A stretch of DNA of 64,000 bases from Podarcis bocagei. Taxonomy: Eukaryota. The stretch is from NCBI GenBank assembly GCA_964188305.1, contig OZ076885.1; one strand, written 5' to 3'. The notes under the pieces are model-generated. The model was not told where the DNA came from and searched no databases. It saw only the letters and a program-made list of their open reading frames with translations. This document shows, piece by piece, positions 24,769 through 39,234 of this stretch; the stretch's first letter is position 1, and each line of letters opens with the position of its first letter. Both the position numbers and the translations under genes were made by a program.

Positions 24769-26088
24769 CTGTGAAAAGACACATCGGACTGTGAGTTGTG
24801 GAAGAACTGAACAGTGCTGTGGAAGGGAGAGTGTAGGAAGAGAACACATTTCCATTAACTTTTCTGCTCAGTATTAGACTTCATCTGAAAGCTTCTCATC
24901 CTTATGTTTACAAATATGTCCAATTCCCTTCTGTTAATTATTTCTTCTCCTTTATATTCCCCCCATGCCACCATTTTGCTGCTCCTCTGCCAGCCCCTCT
25001 GGCTTCTCTCTCTCACTCCTGCCTCTGGGCTTCCAGCCATGCTGCTCCCTATGCTCAGAATAGACCCCACCTCTCTGTTCAACAAATAATTTCATTTTTC
25101 TCTCCAAAGTCCTTATCTCAAGACTCACTTATGCAAAAAAGTTTTTTTCAGAACCAGCTACCAGAGGCTCACTTTACCTGCTCCTCCATTACTAATTTAG
25201 TCTCTCTTTCTTGATCCCTATGACTTTCTATCAATCCTTGAGCTTTCTTCTATCTTGCCTAGTTAATGAAAATGGCAAATCCTCTAGAAAGGAATGGTGT
25301 CACTTTTATGTTCTGTACAGCATGCACCTAAGGACCTTGTTCCAGCTCTATGAAAGTTTAATATTAGTAGCAGTAGGTTATGCCTATCATATTCTTAATA
25401 AAGCTTTATGAAGACACACTTCCCTCTGAAACTTACTAGACCTTCCAGCTCCCTTGCAACATCTGTAGATCTCATTATATTATACTTAACTACCTAGTTT
25501 GTATACCCCTGGTACCTCTACCATTTCTCCCCAACATGGCCAGCAAAACAACACTGTTCCTTGTTTGTTTGTTTGTATTTTTTTAAAAAAAACACTGCTT
25601 AGTCTCCAGGATTTTGTGTAACCCAAATCCCCAAAACAAAGTAGAACTATATGTAATCTAAATAACCATCCATTTCCAAAGCTTTTGCCTTTTTTTAAAG
25701 CACTCCAGAACAGCTGGCGTCCCATGAAGCTAAACACAGCCAGTATGACTAAAGAGGGTGGAGTGGTAAACTCAACCCACCTCAATTTGAATACTGCTAG
25801 TCATGTAATGTGGCTTACCAAGTGTTTGACAGGCCTACCATTTTTTTTTTTTTAAGTTTCAGGCAGGCAACAAAAGCAGATTTACTGAGTCCCTGTTGGA
25901 CCGCCATACCTGGATGATGGACAGTGTTCATCCGGGCAAGTCACAAGCTACACGTACCTGCTCTACTAGGCTAAATGCCCCAAATAACATCTTAAGGGCA
26001 CCAACTTTGAAAGCTCTCTTCCAGAATTCTGAAGAACAATTTGACTGCTAAAATGTTTCCTTTTGAAGCTGCCTCAAACACAAACAAA

Positions 26089-26165
26089 TCCAGAGAGGCA
26101 GCTGTGTTAATCTGTTGCAGCGAAAACAACAGAAAGTTTTGTGGCACTTTTAAAGACTAATGAAT
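26089..26165. mobile_element. Penelope-like element terminal fragment
   Basis: gcagctgtgttaatctgttgcagcgaaaacaacagaaagttttgtggcacttttaaagactaa resembles a recalled reptile Penelope terminal repeat. Confidence 0.45.
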
Positions 26166-26711
26166 GGTATATTTGATTTTCAACCCTACACAGGAAAAGA
26201 AATACAAACTATGTAAATCATCGTGTGTGATAAGTGCATTTCACAGCATATATATCTGACATTCACACACAAGGAAAACATAAGCTGTGTTAGTAAGCTA
26301 CAACTGTTAGCAGTATAATTATGCACATGCATGGCAAAAAAGTGTGATGTGCAATTTTCCACACATGATGACCAGCAATTTGGATGGCTTTAAGAGAAGA
26401 TTAGACATGTCCATAAAAGATAACGCTATCAATGGCTATTAGCCACAATGCCTGTGTTCTGACTCTACTGTGTGAGACAGTCTGTGAATGCCAGATGTTG
26501 GGAATCACAACTGGGGAGGCTGTGGTTGCACCCAGGGGCCCTGATCCAGCAGGGATTTTCTTACAACAATTTAGACACCATTTGAACACTTCCACATACA
26601 TGCAAACTGCTGCTGCCTGTTGAAGAAATTAACTACAATTAAGGCCGCCCTCACTATTTTGTCTGTGCTCCTCCACCTCCTCCATGCAGACAGCAAGCGT
26701 GCGACAATTAC

Positions 26712-26892
26712 CTGATAAAAGTGTGAAAGTGACTGAGTAGATCCCGTTCTCTTTCTGGGCCTCCCCACCTTCTGTGTATGTTATGTCCACTTGGAACTTC
26801 ACTGGCTTCTGAAAGACAGCAGGGCCCCCTGTGGATTTGTACTCTGCGCGGAAGCTTGTCTGTGAGATGACGCTGTGACTGAGGCTGGGGAT
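26712..26892 (-). CDS. BRSK2: BRSK2 coding exon, 181 nt, [60 protein letters not shown](G) (KA1 domain)
   Basis: Manual translation. Acceptor gtttcctactag|ATC, donor TCAG|gtaatt; phase 0 to 1. Confidence 0.96.
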
Positions 26893-27516
26893 CTAGTAGG
26901 AAACAACAGCATGAAGAACAAATGGTACTACCACTCTAAAACCAGTGGCAACACACCAATTTAAAAAGCATCAAAATCTGAATGGGAAAGACTGCTGTTT
27001 TGTGGGACTGCCCTTTCTTTCAGAATGAAGGAGCATTCCAGTCTGATCTGCAGCAATAAAAAATGAACTTCAATAAGATCTCATCAGCTAGCCATTTATT
27101 AAAAATTGTTAAATGCCCAAACTCCTGGCTACGAGGACTGCTCTCACACAGCATCTCCGCCTTACCAGGATTCAATTTCAGTTTACTGGCTCTGATCTAG
27201 TCCACCACTGTGTCTAGGCACCAGTCTGGAACACCCATGGCTTCTCTTGATTCAGATGTTACAGAGAAACAGAGCAAGGTGACATTTGCACATTGTTGAC
27301 ACCACACTCCAAATCTCCTAATGATTGCTTCCAGAATCTTTCATATGGATGTTAAGCAGCACTAGGGGCAAAATAGTCTCCCAAGGCATTCAAGAACAAC
27401 GTTTACAGAGTGCAGGCACATAGTCATTCTGTGCTCTTCTCTGGACCAGCCCTGCAGATTTGAGTGGGACCATGGTAAAACACTGCCATGTGCGTTCGTG
27501 GGAGTATTGCACAAGT

Positions 27517-27606
27517 CATAGCTGTCAACTTTTCCCCTTTTTAAAGGGAAATCCTATTCGGAATAAGGGAATTTCCCTTTAAAAAAGGGAAACGTTGACA
27601 GCTATG
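27517..27606. mobile_element. 90-bp palindromic hAT-type MITE
   Basis: TIRs CATAGCTGTCAAC / GTTGACAGCTATG extend to ~36-bp near-perfect arms. Exact 8-bp TSD GCACAAGT at 27509-27516 and 27607-27614. Confidence 0.9.
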
Positions 27607-27694
27607 GCACAAGTGTCAAAATGTATAGGAAGCACTCTTGGATTGATAATGTGGCAAGGACAAGAAGAAACATTTTGAAGTTATTAATATAGTG

Positions 27695-27875
27695 TTGAAA
27701 GCACTTTGCACACACTATCTTCATGCATCTTAGATCAAACCTGCAACTCTTATTACCTCCATATTACAGGTTTGGGGAGGGCTGTGAGGTAGCAATTTGA
27801 CTTTGGTCCCCAATGAGCTGAGATTTGAATCAGCACCGTGTTGCTCATGCTGTTAACTACTCTGCCACACTAGCT
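27695..27875 (-). mobile_element. Old MIR/CORE-like SINE remnant
   Basis: Pattern aaagcactttgcacac...ttattacctccatattacag...gagctgagatttgaatc is typical of a reversed MIR-like SINE. Confidence 0.45.
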
Positions 27876-29305
27876 CCCAATAATTATTTGGGGCTGTAAC
27901 CTTTGATCTGGGAGTAGGTCCTATTGTTATCCAACTTAAACCATACTCAGATACACCAAAATCAATAGACTTGAGTTACTTATGCCCATTTATTTCAGGT
28001 CAAATCTGAGTATGACTAACATTAGATTTCACCCAGTGCCAACTTCTGAGTAGATCTATATGGTGTTGCACTCTGAGGGACTTAAAACTGGCAAAGATCA
28101 TTTGGGATTTTTGCTCCTACACACACGACTGTATCACACTCCACTTTAAAAGAAGCCCCAAAGATTAATTGTTTCAGTGAGAGTTCCAGAACATGTCTTG
28201 AGATTGCGTTCTCCCAAGGGCAGAGTTTGCTATGGCCCCCAGAAAAGGGTAAGAAATAAGCTACTAGATGGGAATGTAAAGGAATCACCCCGTTATGTAT
28301 AGCCACAGTGATTTTATGTGCAATTTTGCTTGGAGTATGGCTGGATTTATACACCATGCTCTGGGGAACCTGAAAAATATGCCTAAGAAGTTAATCTTTT
28401 AAAAATCTTATTTCTCAGGGAAGTTCTGCTAAGAAAGCCAGCTCTGAGTCTGGCATATATGAGTGAGAAATGAATACATAAAAAAGAAAATGAGTAACGG
28501 TGAGGGAAAGATGGTGTAATTGAAGAACAAAGAGGCAAAGGTCACTTATACACTAGCCATTTAATATGGAGCAGACATAATCTCTTCATTCAGTTTTTAC
28601 AGAGAATTTAGATGACAGCATTTCCAACTCAATGTACTCCAGAATTCTTCATATTGTCCTCCCACCTTTATCAGATCTGATCTGTGATTTTTAAAAATAG
28701 CTTGTATTTTTTAAAATAAAAAATAAAGATTACATTATAGCTATATAGCCATAGTAACAATAAAAAACACTACACCAATGGAAAGAAGCTTTCCTACCAC
28801 TGTATATTATCCTGCATTCTAGTACCATAAAGCACCCCTACTCATTTTGTTAAAATGCAGTTCAGAACGGCATTGAGCCTTCCTGGGGCTACTGTCTCTT
28901 TAATTTCCCTCCATTCTTTGTTTTAAAGTGGCTTCTGCTTCTGGCTCTTACATTAGTCAGTTCCTGTTCCTTGTGTGGTTGGTTGGTGATAATTACTAGT
29001 TTTGTCTTTGCAATCAAAGCAAATGTTCATTAATTTTATTATCACAAGTACATGGTTAAAGTAATAAAAAATAAAATTTCTAAAAAACAATTACTCCAGC
29101 TGAAAAGAAACCCAAAATAAAACTGCCTCCCACAGATAACAGGAACTGATTAGTCAATAACCAAGAAACATTGTGGCCACAGGAGAGAACAGAAAGAAAT
29201 TTTAGTTTTAAAGGGCACTAGTGTGGAATGTGTCTGGAACTAGAGGCTGAGGAACCACAGCTCATCAAGTTTCACTTGCGTGTTTATGTTTATGTCCGTA
29301 CTTAC

Positions 29306-29429
29306 CGAGAGGAATGCATGGACTATGTCAGCCTTGATAGAACTCAGCGGTTTGTCCTTAATAACCACAAAGATCTGTTCTTCTTTCTCTAGGTTGATAA
29401 AGTTACCAAACCAGGATTTTTTGGCAAGC
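29306..29429 (-). CDS. BRSK2: BRSK2 coding exon, 124 nt, (E)[41 protein letters not shown] (autoinhibitory segment and start of KA1)
   Basis: Lies within ORF 29240..29479(-). Acceptor ttggtcag|G, donor TCG|gtaagt; phase 2 to 0. Confidence 0.97.
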
Positions 29430-32400
29430 CTGACCAATCCAGGAGGGAGAGAAAGAAAAGGCGAAAAAACAGAAAGCAAAGAGAAGATTTAGAGAAGAAA
29501 AGCACAGGCAATTATAATACACAGCCAACTAGGCCTTAGCTACGCTGTGCGTTAATGGTATAAGTCATTGTGTCGAGAGAGTCATATTTGCTCAGAGACA
29601 GAAAGCACCCCAGTGATGCATTTGGCTTTGCTACAACAGTTGGAAACAGAAGACTAGGTACTGTACTGTTCAAGTAAACCTAGAAGGGCAGAGGCACTAA
29701 TGGATACAACCATGAAACAGCTTTACAAGATACAGCAGGGAGCTGAATAAGGAGGACATTGATAGGTCTCTTTGTGTGTGCCACTGATATGCACACATGC
29801 AGTCCATGCACACCCTGCTTTCTGTAAGCACTCTGCACATGAATGGAATGTGTTCTCCGGCACCCTAAAAATCCAGCGTGCACTGTGCTCATTGACAGCC
29901 TCCTGGACACTCATTATAATGTCTAGTCCTGAGGTTATTTAATCTATAGTAATATCACACATTTAAGAGAGAAATGTTTTACACTAGTAGCTTTCGAAAT
30001 CAAGCTGGCTTAAAAAAAATAAAAAGCATCTACATCTGCCTGCCTGCCTAACAGAGGAAAAGAAAACAATCACACTTTGGCAAATCTCTCCCAGTTCCTC
30101 TTTTAAAACTGGGTTGGGAAAGCACAACTCTCTGAAATATTAATAAGCAGCTATAGCTGACCACAAGCCAAAGATTAGCATGGGGAACAGTAAAGAGAAA
30201 GGGCCACTCATTTAAATAGGCTATTAAGAAGCCTGGGCTTTTGTCTTCCTCAAACACAGCAGAATGACTCTGTAGGCCTCAGAACAATTATGCTGTCTGT
30301 TCCTTGCACATTAAAAGCCTTTGCTGATTAGATCTTTATATGTATAGTTATCCAGCCAACTGCCCCAGTCCCCTCAGACTTCAGGTTGCTGCAATACACC
30401 TCTGAATAGAAACATATGAAGGATGGAGCAAGTGCTTTTTCTAGCACAGGTACATGGACCACACAGCGGGTACATGCTGCTGCTGGATATGTCCACGGCC
30501 CACTAAACACATGCTACCTTTCCATATGCCACAATATATACATTTTAATAACTGGGGTTTATTTCCTTCTCTCATTTAAACAGGGAGAGACAATTCTAGC
30601 GAAATCCTCATGGGTGGGTTGCAGAGTTTTTGATGAACTTACTTTACTTCTGTGGTGGATGAGGGGTGTTTTTGATGGTCCTTTCATTCTGCAAAGCTAG
30701 CTCACCAATGGCCTGTGCCCCGCAGCCTCCATGCGCCCTGCAGCTTTCTGCAATTCAGTTACAGCTCAGGGAAAGGCATCATGAGGTAACTCCTCCCACA
30801 GAGTTTTTCCAAGTTAGGAAGCAGGGCAGCTGAAGAGGCTGCAGTGTGCTGGCAAAATGTTTACAGAAAATAAAAGGAAAAATGCAATCCTACCCTGCAA
30901 TAAAGCAAGCTTAAAACTCAAGGAAATTCTCAAGTCTCCTGAGAATGAGGTGGAAAAAAGGAAAAGATATTTTGCAAGGAAAGAAAACTTTGGAGAAATT
31001 GAAGGAGAGGTTTTGGCACAGCACTCGTCTGCATGATCTAAGCAGTGCTGCTTCCAACAGAGAGAATCAGTGCTATCCGAAAAATTATTAACTCTACACA
31101 GGGGGAGAAAAAAGGGTGGGAGCATGCAGCCTCAGTTATTCAAGATTCACGGCACAATTTTCTAAGCATGTTTACTCAGGAGTAAACTCAGGCCACTATG
31201 TTCAATGAGCCTTACTCCCTTATAAGTGTACTAAGTAAAAGTTTTTTTAAATGAAATGGTACACTGCTTTCTTTTTAAAGTGCTGCCAACCAAGCAAAAC
31301 ACTGCATTAGAGAGAAGCGAAACTTGCTTCCCCAATAAGGCCTTAAGCATTATGAACATTATTAAATTGACATTAAAAATCTCGAAGACCATTTTGTAAA
31401 ATTAAAAACTGGGATATTTCAATTGCCTCTGAGCCGTGATAAAGGATGTACTGTATCCATTCTGACACTTCATATAATCACAAGAGTAGGGTCTGTTCTG
31501 AAACGAATGTTTTAATTCACAGCCAGTGGTAGGAGATTTAAAAGAAAAACCCAGTTTAAAAGAAGAAGAAGGGATAAAAAGGTGCATACTATTGGTAAAA
31601 CTGTATCTCATGAATGATCACCAGGAATAAAGGTTATAGGGGCCTGCTTAAGCTTCCAGTGATACCCTGGAGCCTGTAACTGCTTGCAATACAGAGTTCT
31701 TCTGATGAGATACAAGACAGAATAGATTCTTGCGAGTTCTCCTGATGTAACTGTGCTGGGTCTGCAGGGCAAAGAGGCATAGATAGTGGCACTGATGTTT
31801 TATAATGAAGGAGGGAAATTCAGCAGACCTGGCAGAATATCCATATTGCATAGACTTATCAGGTACTAGTTTAACAAGTAAGGGTTGGGGGCAAGGAAGG
31901 AGAGATTTATATACACCAGTGGCTCAATTAGTTTGGTGTATTCCTAGACACTCGTGTGATCAAAGTAATCCCAGAACTATATGGTACATATTCCTATTGA
32001 CTGTACCAGTGGGTCTGTGGATACTATTGTCTAAGACCACCCCACTCAGAACCTGCAGTCCTACAGCTTACTCACTGTCTGGACATATTGTAGATACATC
32101 AGCTGAAGGCTAAAGTAATGATTTTTTAAATAAAGTGAAGCAGTATGCACAGGAATCTGAATTCTGACTGGGTTTAGCACCCTGCTCACTCGGGCTTGAA
32201 TCCCGAGGGTTCCCTAGATTCATTACTGCAACTCATATTCCATTTTGTGGGGGCTGTTGGGATCTTCCTAGACCAATCTGCACATAGAACAAGAATCAGA
32301 CAAGACCCACTTCTCAACACCTGCAACGGTTCCCCCAGCACATCTTAGGACCCACAGAAAATCAGTGTACCTGAAGGGAAACCTTAGGCTCCCAGCACAG

Positions 32401-32589
32401 GAAAATGGGAACCCTGAGAACTGGGGGATCTGGTAGATCCTTACCTTAACTCTGCCATTCTGGGTCCTGCTACGATCTGGGTCAGGGATAATATTCCAAA
32501 TGTTGTTGGACTACAACCCCAGCAAAATGGGCAGGGATGGTAGGTCCTGTAGTGTGATATCTGAAGGTTCTATATTGGCTACCATGTAA

Positions 32590-33135
32590 TTGCAATTCAC
32601 ATATTATCACCTCAAATCTAGATGAATGTAATGGGAAGAATTCAACGTGGTGCTAGAGAGATTGTTCTGGTGTAAGAATCTCCCCTCTCCTGCCACGCTG
32701 TTCTGGTGGTTCTCCTCCCTCCCTTCAATTGGGGCAGGGGGAGGATGGGGGTCAAACTCCGCTGCTCTAGTGGAAGTCCTCTAGTGGAAGCATCTGCTAG
32801 CAGGACTGGTTAGTTGAATCTGGCCCAACGTTTTACTTTAAAGGTGGGTTGGAATTTCCAGATTGAAAGCTGGCTGTCATATTCAGCACTAGCAGTGCTC
32901 CCAGTTGCTGCACTATTGCTTTAGGGACATAATTCAGGGTGCTAATTTTGATATATAAAGCCTCACCCCAGTAGCCCTTAAAGGCCACCTCCTCCCTTAT
33001 GCAACTCCCAACGTTGACTGAGAGAATCTGTTTAGCAATACCATCGATGGGTGAGATTCAAACAGTAAGGGAGCACAGGGAGATATTCTCAGTGGCTGCA
33101 CCACAACTACAGAACTCTCTTCCCTTGGAAACGTT
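32590..33135 (+). mobile_element. Highly degraded L2 LINE 3' region interrupted by a short element at ~32633-32826
   Basis: Relic motifs atcacctcaaatctagatgaatgtaat (TSxLDxCN-like), ttcagggtgctaattttgatatataaagcc and ttctcagtggctgcaccacaactacagaactctct parallel the L2 at 53572. Confidence 0.5.
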
Positions 33136-34049
33136 CAGAAGCCCAAAACAGGATGTTGTTGGGAAGCACTGTTCTACGGCCTTTGACCCTTTTTCTTTTG
33201 GAAGGTAGGGTGTCATTACTGACTTAGCAGATGTTTTGGGGGTTTTGATAATGAAAATAACCCTAAAGGAAGGAGAGTGAAACATAAAAAAGAAATAAAG
33301 GGGAGAAAACACACCAGGGGCAACCTTGGGATTCAGAGGAAAAGCTTGCACAACATATCTGAAGGGTAGGAAGTCCATAGGGGGGAAACGACCTTGAAAA
33401 ACACTGAAGAATCAACTTGACATCTATCTTAAGAAAGGTTTTCCACCCCAAGAGATTGGTAGAAAGCAACAAGGTGTACTGGAGAAAGTATGCAATTTTA
33501 CATCATGTTGTAGACAAACAATGACAGTCATTCTCTATATCTAAAATAAACCCATGGATTTAAACAGAATTGTCTCTCTGTTGACCAGTGCTGCAATTCT
33601 ATTTCCACTTTACTAGGAGTAAGCCACACTGAACTCAACAAGACTTATTCCCGAGTAGACATGTATAGGATTGCATTGTAAAACATGCTTATACACCATC
33701 TCAATTGGTATTAGAGGCTCTAGCTTCTACAGAGGATTTCTGAAGCCCCTATGGGCTAAATTCTAAGTCAAAATACTAGTGGACACATACATACAGCCCA
33801 GTTCAAACAAGTCCCATGATTCAGGACTTTGCTGAATTGAGGCCCTGCTGCAAATCAGCATAACTCCATCATCTGGCACACATGGTGCAATGCTTTTTTA
33901 AAATGTCAGATTTATAGAAGGTGATAGCAAACAGAAATACCAAGAGAATAAAAGTTAGGCAACCACCAATTCCATTATGTTTCTAATGGCTTGTGGCTCA
34001 AAGGCAGCTCTATCCATGAATTGCTTCCTGTGCCTGCAGTCCTGTACAC

Positions 34050-34394
34050 TAGGGAAGGCTAACCTTTTTTATCCCCAAGGGCTGCGTTCACCCTTGGCCA
34101 ACGCTGCAAGGGCTGCATGTTGTATACTAGCAGTGAGTATGGCCACCCCATATTCTCACTCACCAACACAGGTAGGCAAAATGCCCTCCTCAGCTGGCCC
34201 ATGCAGATCAGCTGAGAAGGTTGATTATTATCCCTCCCTGTTCATATGACCCATCTGATGACTGGAGTGGGAAGATTTGCTTACCCAACAGGGTGCTGAG
34301 TCTACTTTAACTTTCACCCTTTTTTGAAATCAGTGGGGCCCTGGAGGGGCAGAAAAAATGTGCTGGGAGCCCTCCATAGCTGTTAGCCACCCCT
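34050..34394. mobile_element. Old non-autonomous hAT/Charlie-like DNA transposon remnant
   Basis: Degenerate inverted ends tagggaaggctaac ... gttagccaccccta; no clear TSD. Confidence 0.4.
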
Positions 34395-37300
34395 AATGTA
34401 TGCATTTAAAATGTTTCAGTCCAACTGATCTCAATAGGAACTAAGCAGCCTAACTAAAGGATTGCAACTTGAGTTTCTCTATCCAGCCAGACATGCAGTA
34501 AGTGGAGAATATATCTCTGCAGAAATGGCATATCTGTACCAACATTATTAGCATGAGAAGTCACTGCAAGATACCAATGAGAAAGATCACAGGGTTTTGC
34601 CTAAAATGTGTTTGAAACCTATCCAATGTATCATTTTTTATGGTAGTTTCCAGACCCAAGCCCCGGGTCTGTGCTGCCACAGTAGAATAAGGTCCCTGTC
34701 ACCCGCAAATAAAAAAGCAATATATATATTTGTAAAGTTGACCAAGGTGTTTTAAAGACCTTTTGTTTACATATTTTTCTTATATCTTAAGTTCCTTTGC
34801 ATTAACAGATAAGTCCTCAGGATAAAGACTGAACTAGCAAGTGATGCTAGGATCCCACTCTAGTTATCCTTTTATATCTAATTGTTCTAGAATGTGTATC
34901 GTTAGAGACATGTGAACTAGTACAGTATGGCAAATGCTTCTCCAGTTTCTTTGAAGTTTTCTTCCCTGTGAAAGAGGCTTCCATTTTTTTGTCTCATTCT
35001 CAGGGCACTAGAAAAATAATTTCTTTTGAATTTTGGTGGGTATTGAGATTTTGAGCTAACTTTATTATTGCAAGGTAGCGGAGGTTGGTATGTGTAAACC
35101 TTTCTGCAGCACTCCGCAGTCTCCCCAGCTGCCTGTGCTTCCTAATCTGAAAAGGGCTCATGGGAGGAGTTATCTCATAATGTCTTCTCCTGAGCTTTAA
35201 CTGAAGCATGGACACCCGGGAAGGCTGCTGGAGTGCAGACACCACTGGTGAGATGATTTGTGGAATGACACCAAAAATATCCCTTGGCCACTGCAAAAGT
35301 AAGGTGAGTACAGTGAAAACACAGCACCCAAACAATAATAATTTCACAAATATGTTCCGTCTCCTCTGATAATTTTCACATGTAATTTATTTTCTCAATA
35401 ATTGATGGGAAGGATAAAGCTGATTAGCGATATCTGGTCATTCAATCCACGTGGCGACAGTTGTGCAGAGTGGGAGAGGACTGCTGTGCAGAACTGGCAC
35501 TTCCCCTGTCATTGTGTCCTCAACAGCCCATTCCCTGTTGTCCATGCGGTGGGAATAATGCCTGCAGAGGGGATGCTCATAGGCTCCCCGCCCCCAATTT
35601 TTGGTTCTAGCTCATGGAGGGGGCATAGGTGCAACGAGCAAATTTTAAACATGCTCACCAACATGCAGGCAGACAGCAGGAGGGAGGTCCTGACTGAGTT
35701 GTGATGGTAGGGCCAGGGCCAGTAGGTATGGCTCTGCTCCCCTGCTCCACAGCATTATAATTGCCCAAACAAGGCAACTGGAAGCTGATTTTTAAAAACA
35801 CACACGTGAAAATGTTTTGGATGGAGGTGCCTGTTTAATGTTTGTAAAGTTTAAAATATTATGCACAATTTGGATTATTATCAATTTTTTCTTCTTAAAT
35901 ACATGTACTGCTATACAGAATGTTAAAAAGCAGATGGAGTCATGCTGCTTTACACCAGAAGGGGATATGGGCTTATCCATTTAATTTCTATGAGCTTATC
36001 TAGGCTTTCCCACAAATAAAATGATACACATTACCTAGACATGTCAAGGTATAATATCCAGTCCTCAGAACTGTTAAACGAATTAGATTCATTAAAAGAT
36101 GCAGCAACAGAGTAAGGAAGCACATTTCAATCATGGGGCCAGTAAGGGCTCTTTTGCAACGGAGACATCTTGCTCTCAGAGCAAAAACAATACAGAACTT
36201 TAGAGTGGCCACAGAGCATAAAGGCACTGACGATTGAAATAAAAATGCAGTTCATTATTTTTTACAACTTTTATTATGTTTACTGCAGGGTGCCATCCAA
36301 TTGAACTCATTAATTCAGCAATTATATTGGAAAGGGGGGAAAGGCCTTAGGCTTTGAGTTGCATCCAAACTGCCTACTAAGAATGCCTTTACTTCTACCC
36401 GGCAGTTCTTAAAGAGAGAGCTCAGAGAAAGGCAGCACATTCACAAAGGATCTCACACAAAAAGAAGGGGAGAGAGAAGGGAGAGAGAATATGGTGGAAA
36501 AGAAAGAATAGGATCCCATTAAGTCCCTCCCACCACTCTTTACTGCCCTGACTGCTGTTGCATCAGGGTTGCACTACTCAGTTTTCACACTTCAAAATGG
36601 CAAGGGCCATATCACCATCTCCAGTTAAGAGATCTTCTCGGTTCAAAATTTAATCTAGAGCTCATGATTATTTCACTCTGTGCCTTAACCAATATAAGAT
36701 CATTCCAGCAGCCAAGAAAGCAGCAATCTGGAACGTAGCAGAAAATGCTGTGCAAATTATGGAGGATTATTTTGCACTTAGAGTGCCTAGAAGGGAATCT
36801 CTGGAGAAATGTTCACAGGCAAAGTACCCCAAAAAGGCATTTAGTCATATGTAATTCTTCAATGACATTTTTGTTAAAATTACTTTGGGTCTAATGCAAT
36901 TGAGAAAACACATTATTTCTGAATGGCTACTGTATTTCGTGTGTAGCCCTTTCTGAACTGTTATAGAAACTACCATCCCTACACCAGCTTTCACCTCCTA
37001 CTGTATGAGTTACTTCCTACTAGGCTTCAAAGAAAGTCAGAAAGGTCAGCAGTTCACTGTGACTTTGAACAATATATGAAGTCGAGACACTGCTTAAGTT
37101 TTCAAGGCTGTTTGCTCTATTGATCCCAAAGAGAAACACAGGGTCCTGTGTAAGTAAGATTGCTTGAAAAAGCTGTTCACTAAAGCCTATGGAAAGGAGT
37201 GTGTTAAATACATGAAGAATTGGATGTTGGTTTTCCTTTTTAAGACTTTTCCTATGAAGTGAGGGTGGAGAGGAATGCACTGAAGGACTGAAAAAAAAAT

Positions 37301-38016
37301 GCACTGGATTTTGTTTTCTCAAAAATCCTTATCAGACAAACAAAGCAATCCATTTGTTTTCTTGAGCTCCTGCAGTTTCCTAAATCAGGAGTAGCTAACC
37401 ATTATCAGGCTGTGGGCTGCACTGACCAATGGTCAACACCCGGGGGACAACGTGTCCAAGTGTAAAAATGGCCAATTGATTTTTTATAGAGTCAAATTCT
37501 GGGGAATCTTTGGGTGAGGTCACAAAGGTCTTTTGCCATGAGAGAATCAGAGTGGAAAGAGCAGTCAGCAACTTTAAAAGAATTAATGAGACTTTTCTCT
37601 TTTTGAGTGGGGTGGGGTGGGGGGTGGGTGGGTGGGAATCAGAAGCCACAACAATATTCAGCTTCATAACATAACAGCAGGAGATTCACAAGAACAGTAA
37701 TTAAAAACAAAAACAAAAAACACTTTATTTTTTTTTTAATAACAAATTTTGGGTGTCCAAAAACCCCTCGAGGAGTTGTATGAGTCCTATGTGCTAGCTA
37801 CCCTTGTCCTAAATTTATCCCTTAACCTAGCACTACCCTTGAGGGTTTATATTAACTGCCCTGACAACTTGTTTGTGACCTGCTGCAACCAGAGTGGTAT
37901 GAATTCATTTGTTAGGAGTGCTAGATAAAGAACATTCTGTCCCACTCTGATCTATTGTCAAGTACACAGGAAACAAATTGGTGCTGATACTAATAGTACT
38001 GTAGTGAGCTACTTAC

Positions 38017-38065
38017 TCTGGGGAAGATTCTGGAGTTAAATTCGACATCTCTTCTGGCGTCGGTA
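38017..38065 (-). CDS. BRSK2: BRSK2 coding exon, 49 nt, (V)PTPEEMSNLTPESSP(E)
   Basis: Acceptor gtatatatag|TA, donor GA|gtaagt; phase 1 to 2. Confidence 0.96.
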
Positions 38066-39234
38066 CTATATATACATACACAGACAGAGACAAAGCATAA
38101 GAGGAGGAGAAAAAGGAAATGCTGATTCCCAATTCAAAGTCAATAAATGCGGAATCAAAGTTCACCCAGAATATATTTCAAGCACTTCATTGTTTTAATA
38201 TCAAATAATTGACCCACACTGCTCCTATATCCACATGTACCTAACTTGAACACTTATATACTGAGATTTCATAGTTTGGCTTGGGCTCTTAAACTGTATC
38301 TATTCAACTTAGAATTGATGGCTGTTGTGAAAGTAATTTGCAGCATAACTGTATCTGCCAAGATGTCTGGGGCTGATTTTTACTAGTAGCATTGAAATAG
38401 TTCTATAACCCACAAAAAACTAAAAACTGGTATGCTGCACACTTAGCCCTACAACGCCCTGATTATGTGCAAAGTCCGTAGATGGAATATTGTTACCCTT
38501 TCCCCTTGAAACAGAGAATAAGAAATCTGCCATATACTACAGCAGACATTTCAGCAAAGATACAAATGAGCTGGAATGCTGAGCTGCGGAAATTTCCTAT
38601 TTGCATATTTTAACCAATCTTGAATTAGGAAAGAAAAGAGATTTCCAGTAATAGACAGGAATGTATTTGCTCATAAACACATAAAGCAGTAATTTTGCTT
38701 TATGTAACCTTTATTAACATGAGTCCTCATGGAGTTCCTCTCCATCCAAAAAAACAACAACAACAACGCTGGGGCACTGGCACATCAGTGAAGACAACAC
38801 CTTGCTCAGAACTCAGCTATTCAAAAAGCCACACTTTGGCTAGGCAAACCATGGTTTAGTGACATGTGTAAACCAGGCCAGTGTGTGCCTCAAGTCAGAA
38901 ACAACTGAAAATCAGCAGGCTAGAAGCATAGTGCAAGTATCAAAGTCATGAGCAGAAGGCACAGGATGGAGAGATTGGATAGTATAACAACACTTGTAAT
39001 CTTAGTATAAAAACTGGTACTTTTGCCTTGTTCAGGTAGTCCAGGGATGTCCATCTTCCAAGAGACTGCGATCTACTCACAGTATATAAAAAAAACTGGC
39101 AGTGATCTACCCATTGTCACTGAAGGATGACAATGTCATCTACTACAATGTTATCTACTAACCAACCACTCTTTACACTGATATGTACTTCTACCTGCCA
39201 ACCTAACACTGCCGCATTTTGAGGTCAGATGTAC

